Positions 10,256 through 18,185 of a stretch of 64,000 nucleotides of DNA are shown here, piece after piece (within the stretch, counting starts at the first letter, position 1; each line of letters starts with the position of its first letter). Under the pieces are notes generated by a model that had not been told where the DNA came from, searched no databases, and was given only the letters and a program-made list of their open reading frames with translations. This DNA comes from Sphingomonadaceae bacterium. Its GTDB lineage: Bacteria > Pseudomonadota > Alphaproteobacteria > Sphingomonadales > Sphingomonadaceae. The stretch lies in assembly GCA_041916635.1 (NCBI GenBank), contig JAYRZE010000001.1, forward strand, positions 2,860,949 through 2,924,948, given 5' to 3'. The position numbers were made by a program, and so were the translations under genes.

Positions 10256-10398
10256 TCCGGAATTACGGACAGAATTTCCAGAATTACGGTGACAATAATT
10301 GCATAACGACGAGTTGCGGCAACAGTTTGCTTAATCCCCAATTGAAACTATGTCCGTCCGACTAACCAACCAACGGTGATACCCAATCGGGTGTCCCC
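10256..10398. repeat. Cluster of short degenerate inverted and direct repeats with a REP-like hairpin
   Basis: GAATTACGG at 10260 and 10281. GGACAG and GGTGACA copies on +. TATGTCCGTCC and GGGTGTCCCC copies in inverted orientation. Hairpin GGTGATACCC-AATC-GGGTGTCCCC at 10375-10398. Confidence 0.55.
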
Positions 10399-10406
10399 TA
10401 CTGTTC

Positions 10407-10505
10407 CTAATCCTCTGTGTCTTCCTTCCTGACCCTTGTATCGCCCTTCTTACGGCGCACGGTGTTCGAATAGAGGATTGCCGCCACGATAGCGGCGAAG
10501 CCGAT
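10407..10505 (-). pseudogene. 3' fragment paralogous to the small TM protein at 11348-11536
   Basis: Translates as IGFAAIVAAILYSNTVRRKKGDTRVRKEDTED*, versus IGSAAIVAALLYSNSARRKKGDTKVNTEEAED* in the intact gene. The 5' half is missing. Confidence 0.85.
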
Positions 10506-10628
10506 GTCATCCTGTGTGCGGCCGTCCCGGATATGGATGCCTATGCAGCATTCGTCGAAAGCGTGCTCAACGAAAACGCGCTGCTGCGACGTTTCAAGAC
10601 GTTCATAAGCCTGAGAAAGATCAAGTGA
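10494..10628 (+). pseudogene. 3' fragment of an Lrp/AsnC-family regulator (ligand-binding domain only)
   Basis: GEADVILCAAVPDMDAYAAFVESVLNENALLRRFKTFISLRKIK* matches the AsnC C-terminal pattern (G..D.il.v.v.dm..y..f...l......v..f.T.i.l..iK). No HTH and no start codon. Confidence 0.7.
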
Positions 10629-10642
10629 TCACTTGATCTTTC

Positions 10643-11020
10643 TCAGGCTCGCCGGTCGCGCTTGATCTCGACTGCCACCACGCCGATGAAACAGAGGACT
10701 GCGGCCGCCCAGCCGAGCGAGCCGAAGATCGCCAGAATCGGGTCATGCGTCAGGATCGAAACGGCAATGCCGACCGGAAGGATCAGCGCGGAAATGACCG
10801 CAAGCAGGAAATGCACATTGGCGAGGCGGGTCGCGGCCGCGTGCGGATAAGCACGATAAAACAGGCCGAAGATCGCGCATGACGCCCAGCCCAGCAGATT
10901 GAGGTGCGCATGGGCAGGCGCTAGCAGGAAATCATCATTGATCGCCATATAGATACCGAGCCCAACGCCACCTGCAAGATAGAGGGCAGCCAGCAACAGG
11001 AATTTGAGGTCGAGCATCAC
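10643..11020 (-). CDS. Four-TM membrane protein with an HAHLNLLGW motif
   Basis: Strongly hydrophobic. The His motif resembles the heme-ligand helices of heme-copper oxidase/NorB-like small proteins. Confidence 0.75.
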   Translation of the reverse strand: MMLDLKFLLLAALYLAGGVGLGIYMAINDDFLLAPAHAHLNLLGWASCAIFGLFYRAYPHAAATRLANVHFLLAVISALILPVGIAVSILTHDPILAIFGSLGWAAAVLCFIGVVAVEIKRDRRA

Positions 11021-11211
11021 CGCGCGGCCTCTCGCGGATCGTACATTTCCACGCTTTCCTGCTCACGCGCATCAATGCGCGCGACGATGGCGAGCGTCGC
11101 CTCGGAGATCCGCACGAAATTGGGCCGCCTCTGCCGGGCCACGATCTCGATATCAGCGTGGACAGTGACGATCGATTGGCGGGCGGACAAAACCCGGCCG
11201 AGTCCGGACAT
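11017..11211 (-). CDS. Hypothetical protein or gene remnant
   Basis: 64-aa ORF whose stop overlaps the next start (GTGA). No recognisable motif. Confidence 0.3.
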   Translation of the reverse strand: MSGLGRVLSARQSIVTVHADIEIVARQRRPNFVRISEATLAIVARIDAREQESVEMYDPREAAR

Positions 11212-11322
11212 ACAGGAACCCTCGCTACAGAAAAGACGGTGCCCGAGGGAGCCAATACTCCGCAGCGCCCGCGGACATCGCTATTACTGTTGCAGGGCCG
11301 GCGACGGATGCACGGCGGAGTA

Positions 11323-11346
11323 CAAAAACCGCTGCGAAGGCGGATT
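11323..11346 (-). terminator. Probable intrinsic terminator
   Basis: CCGC-CTTCGCA-GCGG followed by TTTTT, directly after the stop at 11348. Confidence 0.5.
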
Positions 11347-11347
11347 C

Positions 11348-11536
11348 CTAGTCCTCGGCTTCTTCCGTATTGACCTTGGTATCGCCCTTCTTGCGGCGCG
11401 CGCTATTCGAATAGAGCAAGGCAGCTACAATGGCGGCCGAGCCAATGCCGATACCGATGCCTGCTTTCAGCATGTTGGCCTTGCGCTTGGAGTCTTCTTC
11501 GCTGGCCGGGGTGGAGGATGTCGCTTCTTCGCTCAT
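11348..11536 (-). CDS. Small single-TM hypothetical protein
   Basis: MSEEATSST...GIGIGIGSAAIVAALLYSN followed by basic RRKK. A homologous fragment at 10407 conserves the reading frame. Confidence 0.75.
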   Translation of the reverse strand: MSEEATSSTPASEEDSKRKANMLKAGIGIGIGSAAIVAALLYSNSARRKKGDTKVNTEEAED

Positions 11537-11641
11537 TAGGGAAATGTCCTGCGTTTGATGGCCGCAGCCTAACAATGCCCTGCCCTATCCTGTCAATGGC
11601 GAAGCGGCGGGATGAGCGCGCAATAACCCGGATGTGCTCGA

Positions 11642-12328
11642 CTAATCCGAAGAGGCGGCGATTTCAGCGAGAAAGCCGCTGTCCAGAACGCGGATCTGAC
11701 CGTGCTCGAGTGCAATGATACCCGCATCCGCCCAGGCCGAAAGCTGGCGGTTGATATTCTCGCGGCTCATCCCCGCGAAGGCACCAAGCTCGCTCTGGCT
11801 GAGGTCCAGCCGCAGCCGCCCGTTCGCCGTTTCCGATAGCATCAGCCGCTGGAGGAACCGCGCGAGTCTTGGCCCGGAGGCAAAAGCGCGATCGCTTTCG
11901 ACCGTCATGTTCGTCTGCCGCAAGCGGCGTGAAAGTTCTTTGAGCAGGCGCCAAGCGATACCCGGCTGGCGTTCGACCAACGCCTCGAAGGCGGCGCGCG
12001 TCAACCGCAGATAGCTGCCGGGCGAAAGTGCGATAACCGAAGCGGATCGCTCGCCACCGTCCAGCACCGCAATCTCACCGAGCAGCGCCCCCGCATCGGC
12101 ATAATCGAGCGTGATTTCGCGTCCGTTCTGGGCAACCATCGTTACCTTGGCGTTGCCCGAAAGCAGGATCAGTATCTGGTCGCCCGGATCGCCCTGGAGA
12201 AGAAGCGTCTGGCCCTTCTTCATGTCGTGGCGGCTCGAAAGTGCGAGCAGGTCGGCCAGTTCGTCGGCGCGGCAAGCCGCGAATAGCGAGCCTTCGGGTA
12301 ACATCGCGGCCAGTTCCGATGCGTTCAC
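11642..12328 (-). CDS. Crp/Fnr-family transcriptional regulator
   Basis: cNMP-binding domain (LLGEIAVLDGGERSASV) and HTH (LSQSELGAFAGMSRENINRQL). Confidence 0.95.
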   Translation of the reverse strand: MNASELAAMLPEGSLFAACRADELADLLALSSRHDMKKGQTLLLQGDPGDQILILLSGNAKVTMVAQNGREITLDYADAGALLGEIAVLDGGERSASVIALSPGSYLRLTRAAFEALVERQPGIAWRLLKELSRRLRQTNMTVESDRAFASGPRLARFLQRLMLSETANGRLRLDLSQSELGAFAGMSRENINRQLSAWADAGIIALEHGQIRVLDSGFLAEIAASSD

Positions 12329-12406
12329 TCGTTCCTCCCTCTCTGCAACTGCCGCCGAAGCGCTTTGCTAGAGCCAGATTGAACAAGGGGGAAGCGGATT
12401 CGCCCC

Positions 12407-12787
12407 TCAGCCGTAACTGACAATCTCGAATTCGATGCCGTCTGAATCGTAGAAGTAAAAACGGCGGCCGGGCTCGTAGTCGCCATGATTGAACGGATCG
12501 AAACCGAGTGCGATCACTTTCGCCTCGACAGCGTCGAGATCGTCGACCTGCACGCCGACATGGTTGAGCGGTCGGCCTTTTCTGTAGGTATCGGGGGACG
12601 GCCCATCGCGGTCATTGGTATAGAGTGCGAGATAGGCAGTGTCGCTGCCCACATGGACCGTCCACCCGCCGTCACGCGCCGGCCCTTGCCAGCGCACATG
12701 CCAGCCGAACAGTTTTTCCATCACTTGAGCGCTGCGAGCGGGGTCGCTGACGGTCAGATTCACATGCTCGATAAAGGGCGAAGCCAT
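12407..12787 (-). CDS. VOC/glyoxalase-family protein
   Basis: IEHVNLTVSD, LNHVGVQVDD, FYFYDSDGIEFE. Confidence 0.92.
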   Translation of the reverse strand: MASPFIEHVNLTVSDPARSAQVMEKLFGWHVRWQGPARDGGWTVHVGSDTAYLALYTNDRDGPSPDTYRKGRPLNHVGVQVDDLDAVEAKVIALGFDPFNHGDYEPGRRFYFYDSDGIEFEIVSYG

Positions 12788-12840
12788 TGCGCGTTCCTTC
12801 AAATCCTGTTCATGATTCGGGTTGACGCAAGGCTTGTGCA

Positions 12841-12863
12841 ACCTCAACTTTGGTTGAGGTCAA
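12841..12863 (-). promoter_or_regulatory. SoxR box overlapping the promoter of the VOC gene
   Basis: Perfect 8-bp inverted repeat ACCTCAAC-TTTG-GTTGAGGT abutting a TTGACC -35 on the minus strand, the canonical SoxR arrangement. Confidence 0.9.
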
Positions 12864-12884
12864 GAGATTTTGAAGGGCGGCGCA

Positions 12885-13343
12885 ATGCTAGCAAAGGACG
12901 TGATTTCGATCGGGGAGCTGGCCGCCCGCGCCGGCGTTTCGGTTTCGGCCATCCGCTTCTACGAGGTCAAGGGACTGATCACCCCCTTCCGCAACGCTGG
13001 CGGACAGCGGCGCTTTTTCCGTTCGGACATTAGGCGTGTCTCCTTCGTCCTCATCGCGCAGCAGCTTGGCCTGTCGATCGAGGAGATCGGGAAGGAGCTT
13101 GCCCGCCTGCCCGAAGGCCGCACGCCCAATGCGACAGACTGGACCCGCATCAGCAAGGGATTGCGCCAGCGGCTCGACCAGCGGATTCACGCGCTCACAC
13201 GGACACGCGAGCTGCTTGACGCCTGCATCGGCTGCGGCTGCCTCTCATTGAAGAAGTGCAGGCTTTACAATCCGCAGGACCGGGCAGCACGACGCGGCGC
13301 GGGTCCGCGCTACCTCATGGGGGACCGGGCTGTGGTCGATTGA
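12885..13343 (+). CDS. soxR: Redox-sensitive transcriptional activator SoxR
   Basis: MerR HTH (SIGELAARAGVSVSAIRFYE) and [2Fe-2S] motif CIGCGCLSLKKC. Confidence 0.97.
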   Translation: MLAKDVISIGELAARAGVSVSAIRFYEVKGLITPFRNAGGQRRFFRSDIRRVSFVLIAQQLGLSIEEIGKELARLPEGRTPNATDWTRISKGLRQRLDQRIHALTRTRELLDACIGCGCLSLKKCRLYNPQDRAARRGAGPRYLMGDRAVVD

Positions 13344-13345
13344 AG

Positions 13346-13369
13346 CCGGGGAAGGCCGCGCTTCCCCGG
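13346..13369. terminator. Terminator hairpin between the convergent soxR and M13 peptidase genes
   Basis: CCGGGGAAG-GCCGCG-CTTCCCCGG, a perfect 9-bp stem. Confidence 0.7.
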
Positions 13370-13380
13370 GACTCATAGCA

Positions 13381-15444
13381 TTACCAGACCTTCACACGGT
13401 CAGCCGGCGCCAGATAGAATTTTTGCCCGGGCTTGGCGCCGAAGGCTGCATACCAAGCGTCGAGATTCCGCACGACATAGGCGCGGAAATTGCCAGGCGT
13501 ATGCGGGTCGGTGGTCAGACGCTGGAGCAGGTTCGCATCACGATACTTGGTTCGCCAGATCTGGCCGAAACCAAGGAAGAAGCGCTGGTCGCCCGTATAG
13601 CCGCTCAGGACCGGCGCGGTCTTGCCCTTCAACGAAAGGTGATAGGCATCGAGCGCAACATTCACACCCGCCAGGTCCGCCATGTTCTCTCCCAGCGTCA
13701 GTTCGCCGTTCACATGACTTCCCGCAAGCGGCTCATATTCGCCATATTGCTTCACGACCCGCGCGGTATAGGCCTCGAACCGCTTGACGTCTTCAGCCGT
13801 CCACCAGTCGGAAAGGTTGCCCTGCGGGTCGAACTTGCGGCCCTGATCGTCGAAATGGTGGCTCAGCTCGTGGCCTATCACCGCGCCGATCCCGCCATAG
13901 TTGACGGCATCGTCTGCATTCGGATCGAAGAAGGGTGCCTGAAGGATCGCGGCGGGAAACACGACTTCGTTCAGCAGCGGATTGGCATAGGCGTTGACGG
14001 TCTGCGGCGTCATCCCCCATTCGCCCCTGTCGACCGGCTTTCCGATCTTGGAAAGATTGCGGTTATACTCGAACTCGGTCGCCCGCATGGCGTTGCCCAA
14101 GGCATCGCCGCGCACGATCCGAAGCGCGGAATAGTCCCGCCATGTCTCCGGATAGCCGATCTTCTGCGTGAAGGCGGCAAGCTTCGCGCGCGCCTTGACC
14201 TTCGTCTCGGGCGCCATCCATTCAAGACGCGAGAGGCGCGCATCCATCGCGACACGCAGGTTGCGCACCAGCTCATCGGCCTTCGCCTTCGCCGCCGGCG
14301 GGAAATACTTCGCGACATAAAGCTGCCCAACGGCCTCGCCCAGCGAAGCATTGACGAAGTCCACGCCTCGCTTCCAACGCTCCTTGAGCGCAGGTGTTCC
14401 GGAGAGGACCGCACCGGTGAAAGCGAAATTCTCTTCGACAAAGGCCTTGCTCAGATAGGGCGCGGCGGCTTCGAGCGTATGAAATGTAAGATAATCCTTC
14501 CAGAGATCGAGCGGCTCGCTTGACGACAATGCGGCGGCAGCCGTGAGCGCGCTCGGCTGGGTGGAGATCACTTGGGGCAGCGCATCGACGCCGGTTGCCT
14601 TCAGGTAGACCGCCCAATCGAAGCCCGGCATCTTCGCGGCGAGATCACCTACCGCAACCGGATTGTAGAGCTTGTCGATCTGGCGGGACTCGGCCTGCGT
14701 CCAGTGCGCGGTCGCAATCTTCTTTTCAAGGTCATAAATCCGCTGGGCCTTGGCCGCGCTGTCGGCGAACCCGGCCAGTTTCAACATGTTGCCGATATGG
14801 GCGACATATTTGGCGCGGATTTCGACGAACCGGGGATTGTCTTCCAGATAATAATCGCGATCGGGCAGCCCGATCCCGCCCTGCCCCAGATAGGCCGAAT
14901 AGGTCGTGTTGTCCTTCAGATCCTGAAACACGCCAATCCCGATCGGATTGGTGATGCCCAGCCGGTTCGCCCTGCCGAACATCTGCGCGAGCTGGGCCGG
15001 TGTCTGGATGGCGTTGATCTCCGCAAGCAGCGGCTGGATAGCGCCGAGCCCCTTCGCCTCGATTGCAGCTTCGTCCATGAAGCTTGCATAGAAATCTCCA
15101 ACCTTCTGGCCGGCGGACCCCGGCGCATTGGTTTGGCCCGAAACCGATTCGATGATCGAGCGCGTCCGCTGGTCCGAAAGGTCGCGCAGGACCGCGAAGC
15201 CGCCCCATGAAGACTTGTCGGCCGGGATCGGAGTCACCTTCTCCCAGGCGCCATTGACGAACTTGTAGAAATCGTCGCCCGGGGCCACTGTCTTATCCAT
15301 TCCCGCCGTATCGACGCCGAACGTGCCAAGCTCGGGCTTTGTCACGGCAGGCTCAGCGCCCGTTCCCGCTGCGGCCGCCATCGCCGGAGCGCTTCCGGTA
15401 GCAAGCGCCAAGGCTGCAGCGCCAAGAATCAATCGCAATTTCAT
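13381..15444 (-). CDS. Secreted M13-family (neprilysin/PepO-like) zinc metallopeptidase
   Basis: Signal peptide, VNAY, GHELSHHFD (HEXXH), GENMAD. Confidence 0.96.
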   Translation of the reverse strand: MKLRLILGAAALALATGSAPAMAAAAGTGAEPAVTKPELGTFGVDTAGMDKTVAPGDDFYKFVNGAWEKVTPIPADKSSWGGFAVLRDLSDQRTRSIIESVSGQTNAPGSAGQKVGDFYASFMDEAAIEAKGLGAIQPLLAEINAIQTPAQLAQMFGRANRLGITNPIGIGVFQDLKDNTTYSAYLGQGGIGLPDRDYYLEDNPRFVEIRAKYVAHIGNMLKLAGFADSAAKAQRIYDLEKKIATAHWTQAESRQIDKLYNPVAVGDLAAKMPGFDWAVYLKATGVDALPQVISTQPSALTAAAALSSSEPLDLWKDYLTFHTLEAAAPYLSKAFVEENFAFTGAVLSGTPALKERWKRGVDFVNASLGEAVGQLYVAKYFPPAAKAKADELVRNLRVAMDARLSRLEWMAPETKVKARAKLAAFTQKIGYPETWRDYSALRIVRGDALGNAMRATEFEYNRNLSKIGKPVDRGEWGMTPQTVNAYANPLLNEVVFPAAILQAPFFDPNADDAVNYGGIGAVIGHELSHHFDDQGRKFDPQGNLSDWWTAEDVKRFEAYTARVVKQYGEYEPLAGSHVNGELTLGENMADLAGVNVALDAYHLSLKGKTAPVLSGYTGDQRFFLGFGQIWRTKYRDANLLQRLTTDPHTPGNFRAYVVRNLDAWYAAFGAKPGQKFYLAPADRVKVW

Positions 15445-15579
15445 AAGCACTTCCTTTAGCAAGATTGCGTCGCTCATAGGCTGGGGGGCGTAGGAGATGA
15501 AGCGACAATCCGTTCTTCGTCGAAAAGCGAGCGCCTTCCGTCGAACCGGGCACAGGTGGCAATGGATTTCCAGCGGTCC

Positions 15580-16506
15580 TTATTCGACGCTCAATAGCGT
15601 GAGCGAGCAAGCCTTCGAAAGGCCCAAGCCGCGCTTCAAGGCAGGATAGGCGCGCACCGTGGCGGCCGTCAGGGCCAGCTCAAGCCTGACGGCACGACCA
15701 TAGGATTCTTCAAGGGCATCGCCGAGAGCGAAGGCTTCGTGCGACTGGCGCGCGATGGCAGCGCCGAAGACGAACGCCATAGTCAGATCGCCTTCCGGCG
15801 GCTCCGCTGCCAGCGCTGCATTGACCAAAGCGCTGTCCACACCGTCGCGGACGGCACCTTCGGCCGCCGTCAGCGCGCAAGGGCCGCAGTCCTCGACAAG
15901 CGTCGCGCCAATCCTTGCCATATGAAATAGATCGGCCGGTGCTTCGAACCGGTGCGCCGTCACCGGCATGAAATGCTTGAACTTTTCGAGCGCATAACCC
16001 GGCGCGGCCGCCACGTCCCGAAGATATTCGATTTCGCCCGGCGCCATTTTCTCGACGGCGCCCATGAAGAGCGGTTTCGGAACGCCAGCAGGCGATATCT
16101 TTTGCTGCGCGAATAGAATCCCAAGTGCGGCCCATACAAGCAAGGGCGGCCCCAGCACGCCCGGCGCGTCCTGCCAGAATATGCCGGGGGCGCAAACGCC
16201 GGTCATGAACTCCCACACATGGAGCAGGCCATGGACCGCCAGCCACAGGCTGCCGGCGAAGGCAGCGAGCCAGCGAGTCGAAAGATTAGGCACCGAAAAC
16301 GCCAGAAGCACGCCGCACGTCAAATAGGCCAAGCCGATGTCACGGATGAAATGCTGGTTCGGCGGCCCGGTGAATTTCACCGTTCCCACGGCCTGATACC
16401 AGCCAAATGGATCCCACAGCATGAACCCGCCATTCGCGAGCGCAAACAGGGCTACCAATCCGACCAGGAGTTGTGCGACACGATCCGGAAGTCCTGGCTT
16501 GCCCAT
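15580..16506 (-). CDS. Membrane protein: N-terminal 4-TM domain fused to an AhpD-like CxxC domain
   Basis: TM region with NQHFIRDIG and HGLLHVW, C-terminal EDCGPCA. The domain assignments are inference. Confidence 0.7.
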   Translation of the reverse strand: MGKPGLPDRVAQLLVGLVALFALANGGFMLWDPFGWYQAVGTVKFTGPPNQHFIRDIGLAYLTCGVLLAFSVPNLSTRWLAAFAGSLWLAVHGLLHVWEFMTGVCAPGIFWQDAPGVLGPPLLVWAALGILFAQQKISPAGVPKPLFMGAVEKMAPGEIEYLRDVAAAPGYALEKFKHFMPVTAHRFEAPADLFHMARIGATLVEDCGPCALTAAEGAVRDGVDSALVNAALAAEPPEGDLTMAFVFGAAIARQSHEAFALGDALEESYGRAVRLELALTAATVRAYPALKRGLGLSKACSLTLLSVE

Positions 16507-16518
16507 ACTTGCCCCCAC

Positions 16519-16806
16519 TCAGAAACCCTGAACACGAAGAACAACCGCGTCTGCCCCGGCCTTCCTGTCCCGCGAAATCAGTTCATATTCCGGCGAAGCC
16601 GAAAATGCATCTGCAGAATTTGCATCAGGGAATTCGAGAATCACAATTTTTTCTCGATCCCAATGGCCCTCTACTGTCACCGGGTGCTCATCGGCAGCAA
16701 GTATCTTGCCGTTGAACTTGCTGAACACGCCCCAGAACGCCGCCTGGTAGCGATCATAGGCCGCACGATCCGTGAACCGCAGTTGCGCGACCAGATAGAC
16801 GCTCAT
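16519..16806 (-). CDS. DUF1330-family protein
   Basis: GKILAA...VEGHW...IVILEFPD...FSASPEY pattern. Confidence 0.9.
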   Translation of the reverse strand: MSVYLVAQLRFTDRAAYDRYQAAFWGVFSKFNGKILAADEHPVTVEGHWDREKIVILEFPDANSADAFSASPEYELISRDRKAGADAVVLRVQGF

Positions 16807-17843
16807 TTGCGCCCCATGGGAGCCGGTGCGGGTGTTCCCAGGAAGCGCGGCGCCGGGCCCGGCTGGTCGATGCCATCGACGTTCAGGAACGTGCCCCGTT
16901 TAACATTGTGCGGATGCTTCAGTGCGTCGGCCATCGAGAGGACCGGCGCGAAGCAGACGTCCGTCCCTTCCATCAAGGCGCACCATTCGGCGCGCGGCTT
17001 TGATTTGAAGAGCGCCGTGAGCTTTTCCTTGAGCGCAGGCCATGCCGACTTGTCCATCTGCGCATCGAAAGCCGGATCCGAAAGCCCCGCCTTTTCGCGA
17101 AGCAGCGCATAGAATTGCGGCTCGATCGATCCGATCGAAATGAAGGTTCCGTCGGCGCACTCATAAGTGTCGTAAAAATGCGCAGCCGTATCGAGCATGT
17201 TCACGCCGCGCGTGTCTTCCCACATTCCCATGCCGCGGAAGCCCCACTGCATCGCATGGATCACGGCGGCTCCGTCGGTCATCGCGCAGTCGATCACCTG
17301 GCCCTTTCCCGTGCCCCGCGCGTTGAGAATGCCCGCGACCATCCCGAAGGAGAGCATCATTCCCCCGCCGGCAAAATCCCCGATCGCATTGGTGGGAGGC
17401 GTCGGCTTGCCGTCCGGGCGGCCATAACCGTGGAGATTTCCTGAAATCGAGATGTAGTTGATGTCATGCCCCGCCGCCTGGGACAGCGGCCCATATTGCC
17501 CCCAGCCGGTCATCCGGCCGTAAACCAGCTTCGGATTGTCCCCCAGCAGCACGTCCGGTCCGAGCCCGAGCCGTTCCATCACGCCGGGGCGGAACCCCTC
17601 TATGATCCCGTCTGCAGCTTTGGCCAGTTCGCGGACGGTGGCGATCCCTTCCGGCGATTTGAGATCGGCCTCGATACGCTCGCGATTCCGGCCGAGCACA
17701 TCGCGACCCTTCGCATCGCGTGCTCCCAGCCGCGCCACCCGGATGACGCGCGCGCCATGATCGGCGAGCATCATTCCGCAAAAGGGCGCCGGGCCAATGC
17801 CCTCCATCTCGATGATCGTGACACCTTCGAGCACACCTGCCAT
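16803..17843 (-). CDS. CaiB/BaiF CoA-transferase family III (alpha-methylacyl-CoA racemase-like)
   Basis: GIGPAPFCGMMLADHGA, EGFRPGVMERLGLG, GHDINY, DFAGGG. Confidence 0.95.
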   Translation of the reverse strand: MAGVLEGVTIIEMEGIGPAPFCGMMLADHGARVIRVARLGARDAKGRDVLGRNRERIEADLKSPEGIATVRELAKAADGIIEGFRPGVMERLGLGPDVLLGDNPKLVYGRMTGWGQYGPLSQAAGHDINYISISGNLHGYGRPDGKPTPPTNAIGDFAGGGMMLSFGMVAGILNARGTGKGQVIDCAMTDGAAVIHAMQWGFRGMGMWEDTRGVNMLDTAAHFYDTYECADGTFISIGSIEPQFYALLREKAGLSDPAFDAQMDKSAWPALKEKLTALFKSKPRAEWCALMEGTDVCFAPVLSMADALKHPHNVKRGTFLNVDGIDQPGPAPRFLGTPAPAPMGRK

Positions 17844-17929
17844 GTTGCATTCTCCTCTGCGCCCGACTGGAGCGCAGCTTTACGCATACGTCAAGTGGCG
17901 GGGGTTGATTGCTGTGTCGCCCGGGCCTA

Positions 17930-18095
17930 TCGGCGACATCGTTACAGGTGCCTCGCAAGAGGCTTCAAGGGAAGCCGGTCAAAATCCGGCGCTGTTCCCG
18001 CAACTGTGACCGGCGAGTTTTCCTTCGTGATACCACTGGGCAACCGGGAAGGTGAAGGAACGCAACGACCCGGGAGCCAGGAGACCTGCTTGTGA
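17930..18095 (+). ncRNA. Cobalamin (AdoCbl) riboswitch
   Basis: Conserved elements AGGTGCC, GGGAAGCCGGT-CAAAATCCGGCGCTG, CCCGCAACTGTGA, CCACTGGG, GGGAAGG and the B12 box AGCCAGGAGACCTGC, directly upstream of a btuB-like gene. Confidence 0.95.
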
Positions 18096-18185
18096 CGGCC
18101 AGTCCTTCGCCCGTGCGGGAAGACACGGACGATCGGGGTTTTCCTCGCGTGACGGCACGTTGTTGAACGTCATGAGGAGAAAACC

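Noticed and set aside
10256-10398. CRISPR mini-array
   Set aside because: The repeats are under 15 bp, degenerate, in mixed orientation and irregularly spaced, and there are no cas genes.
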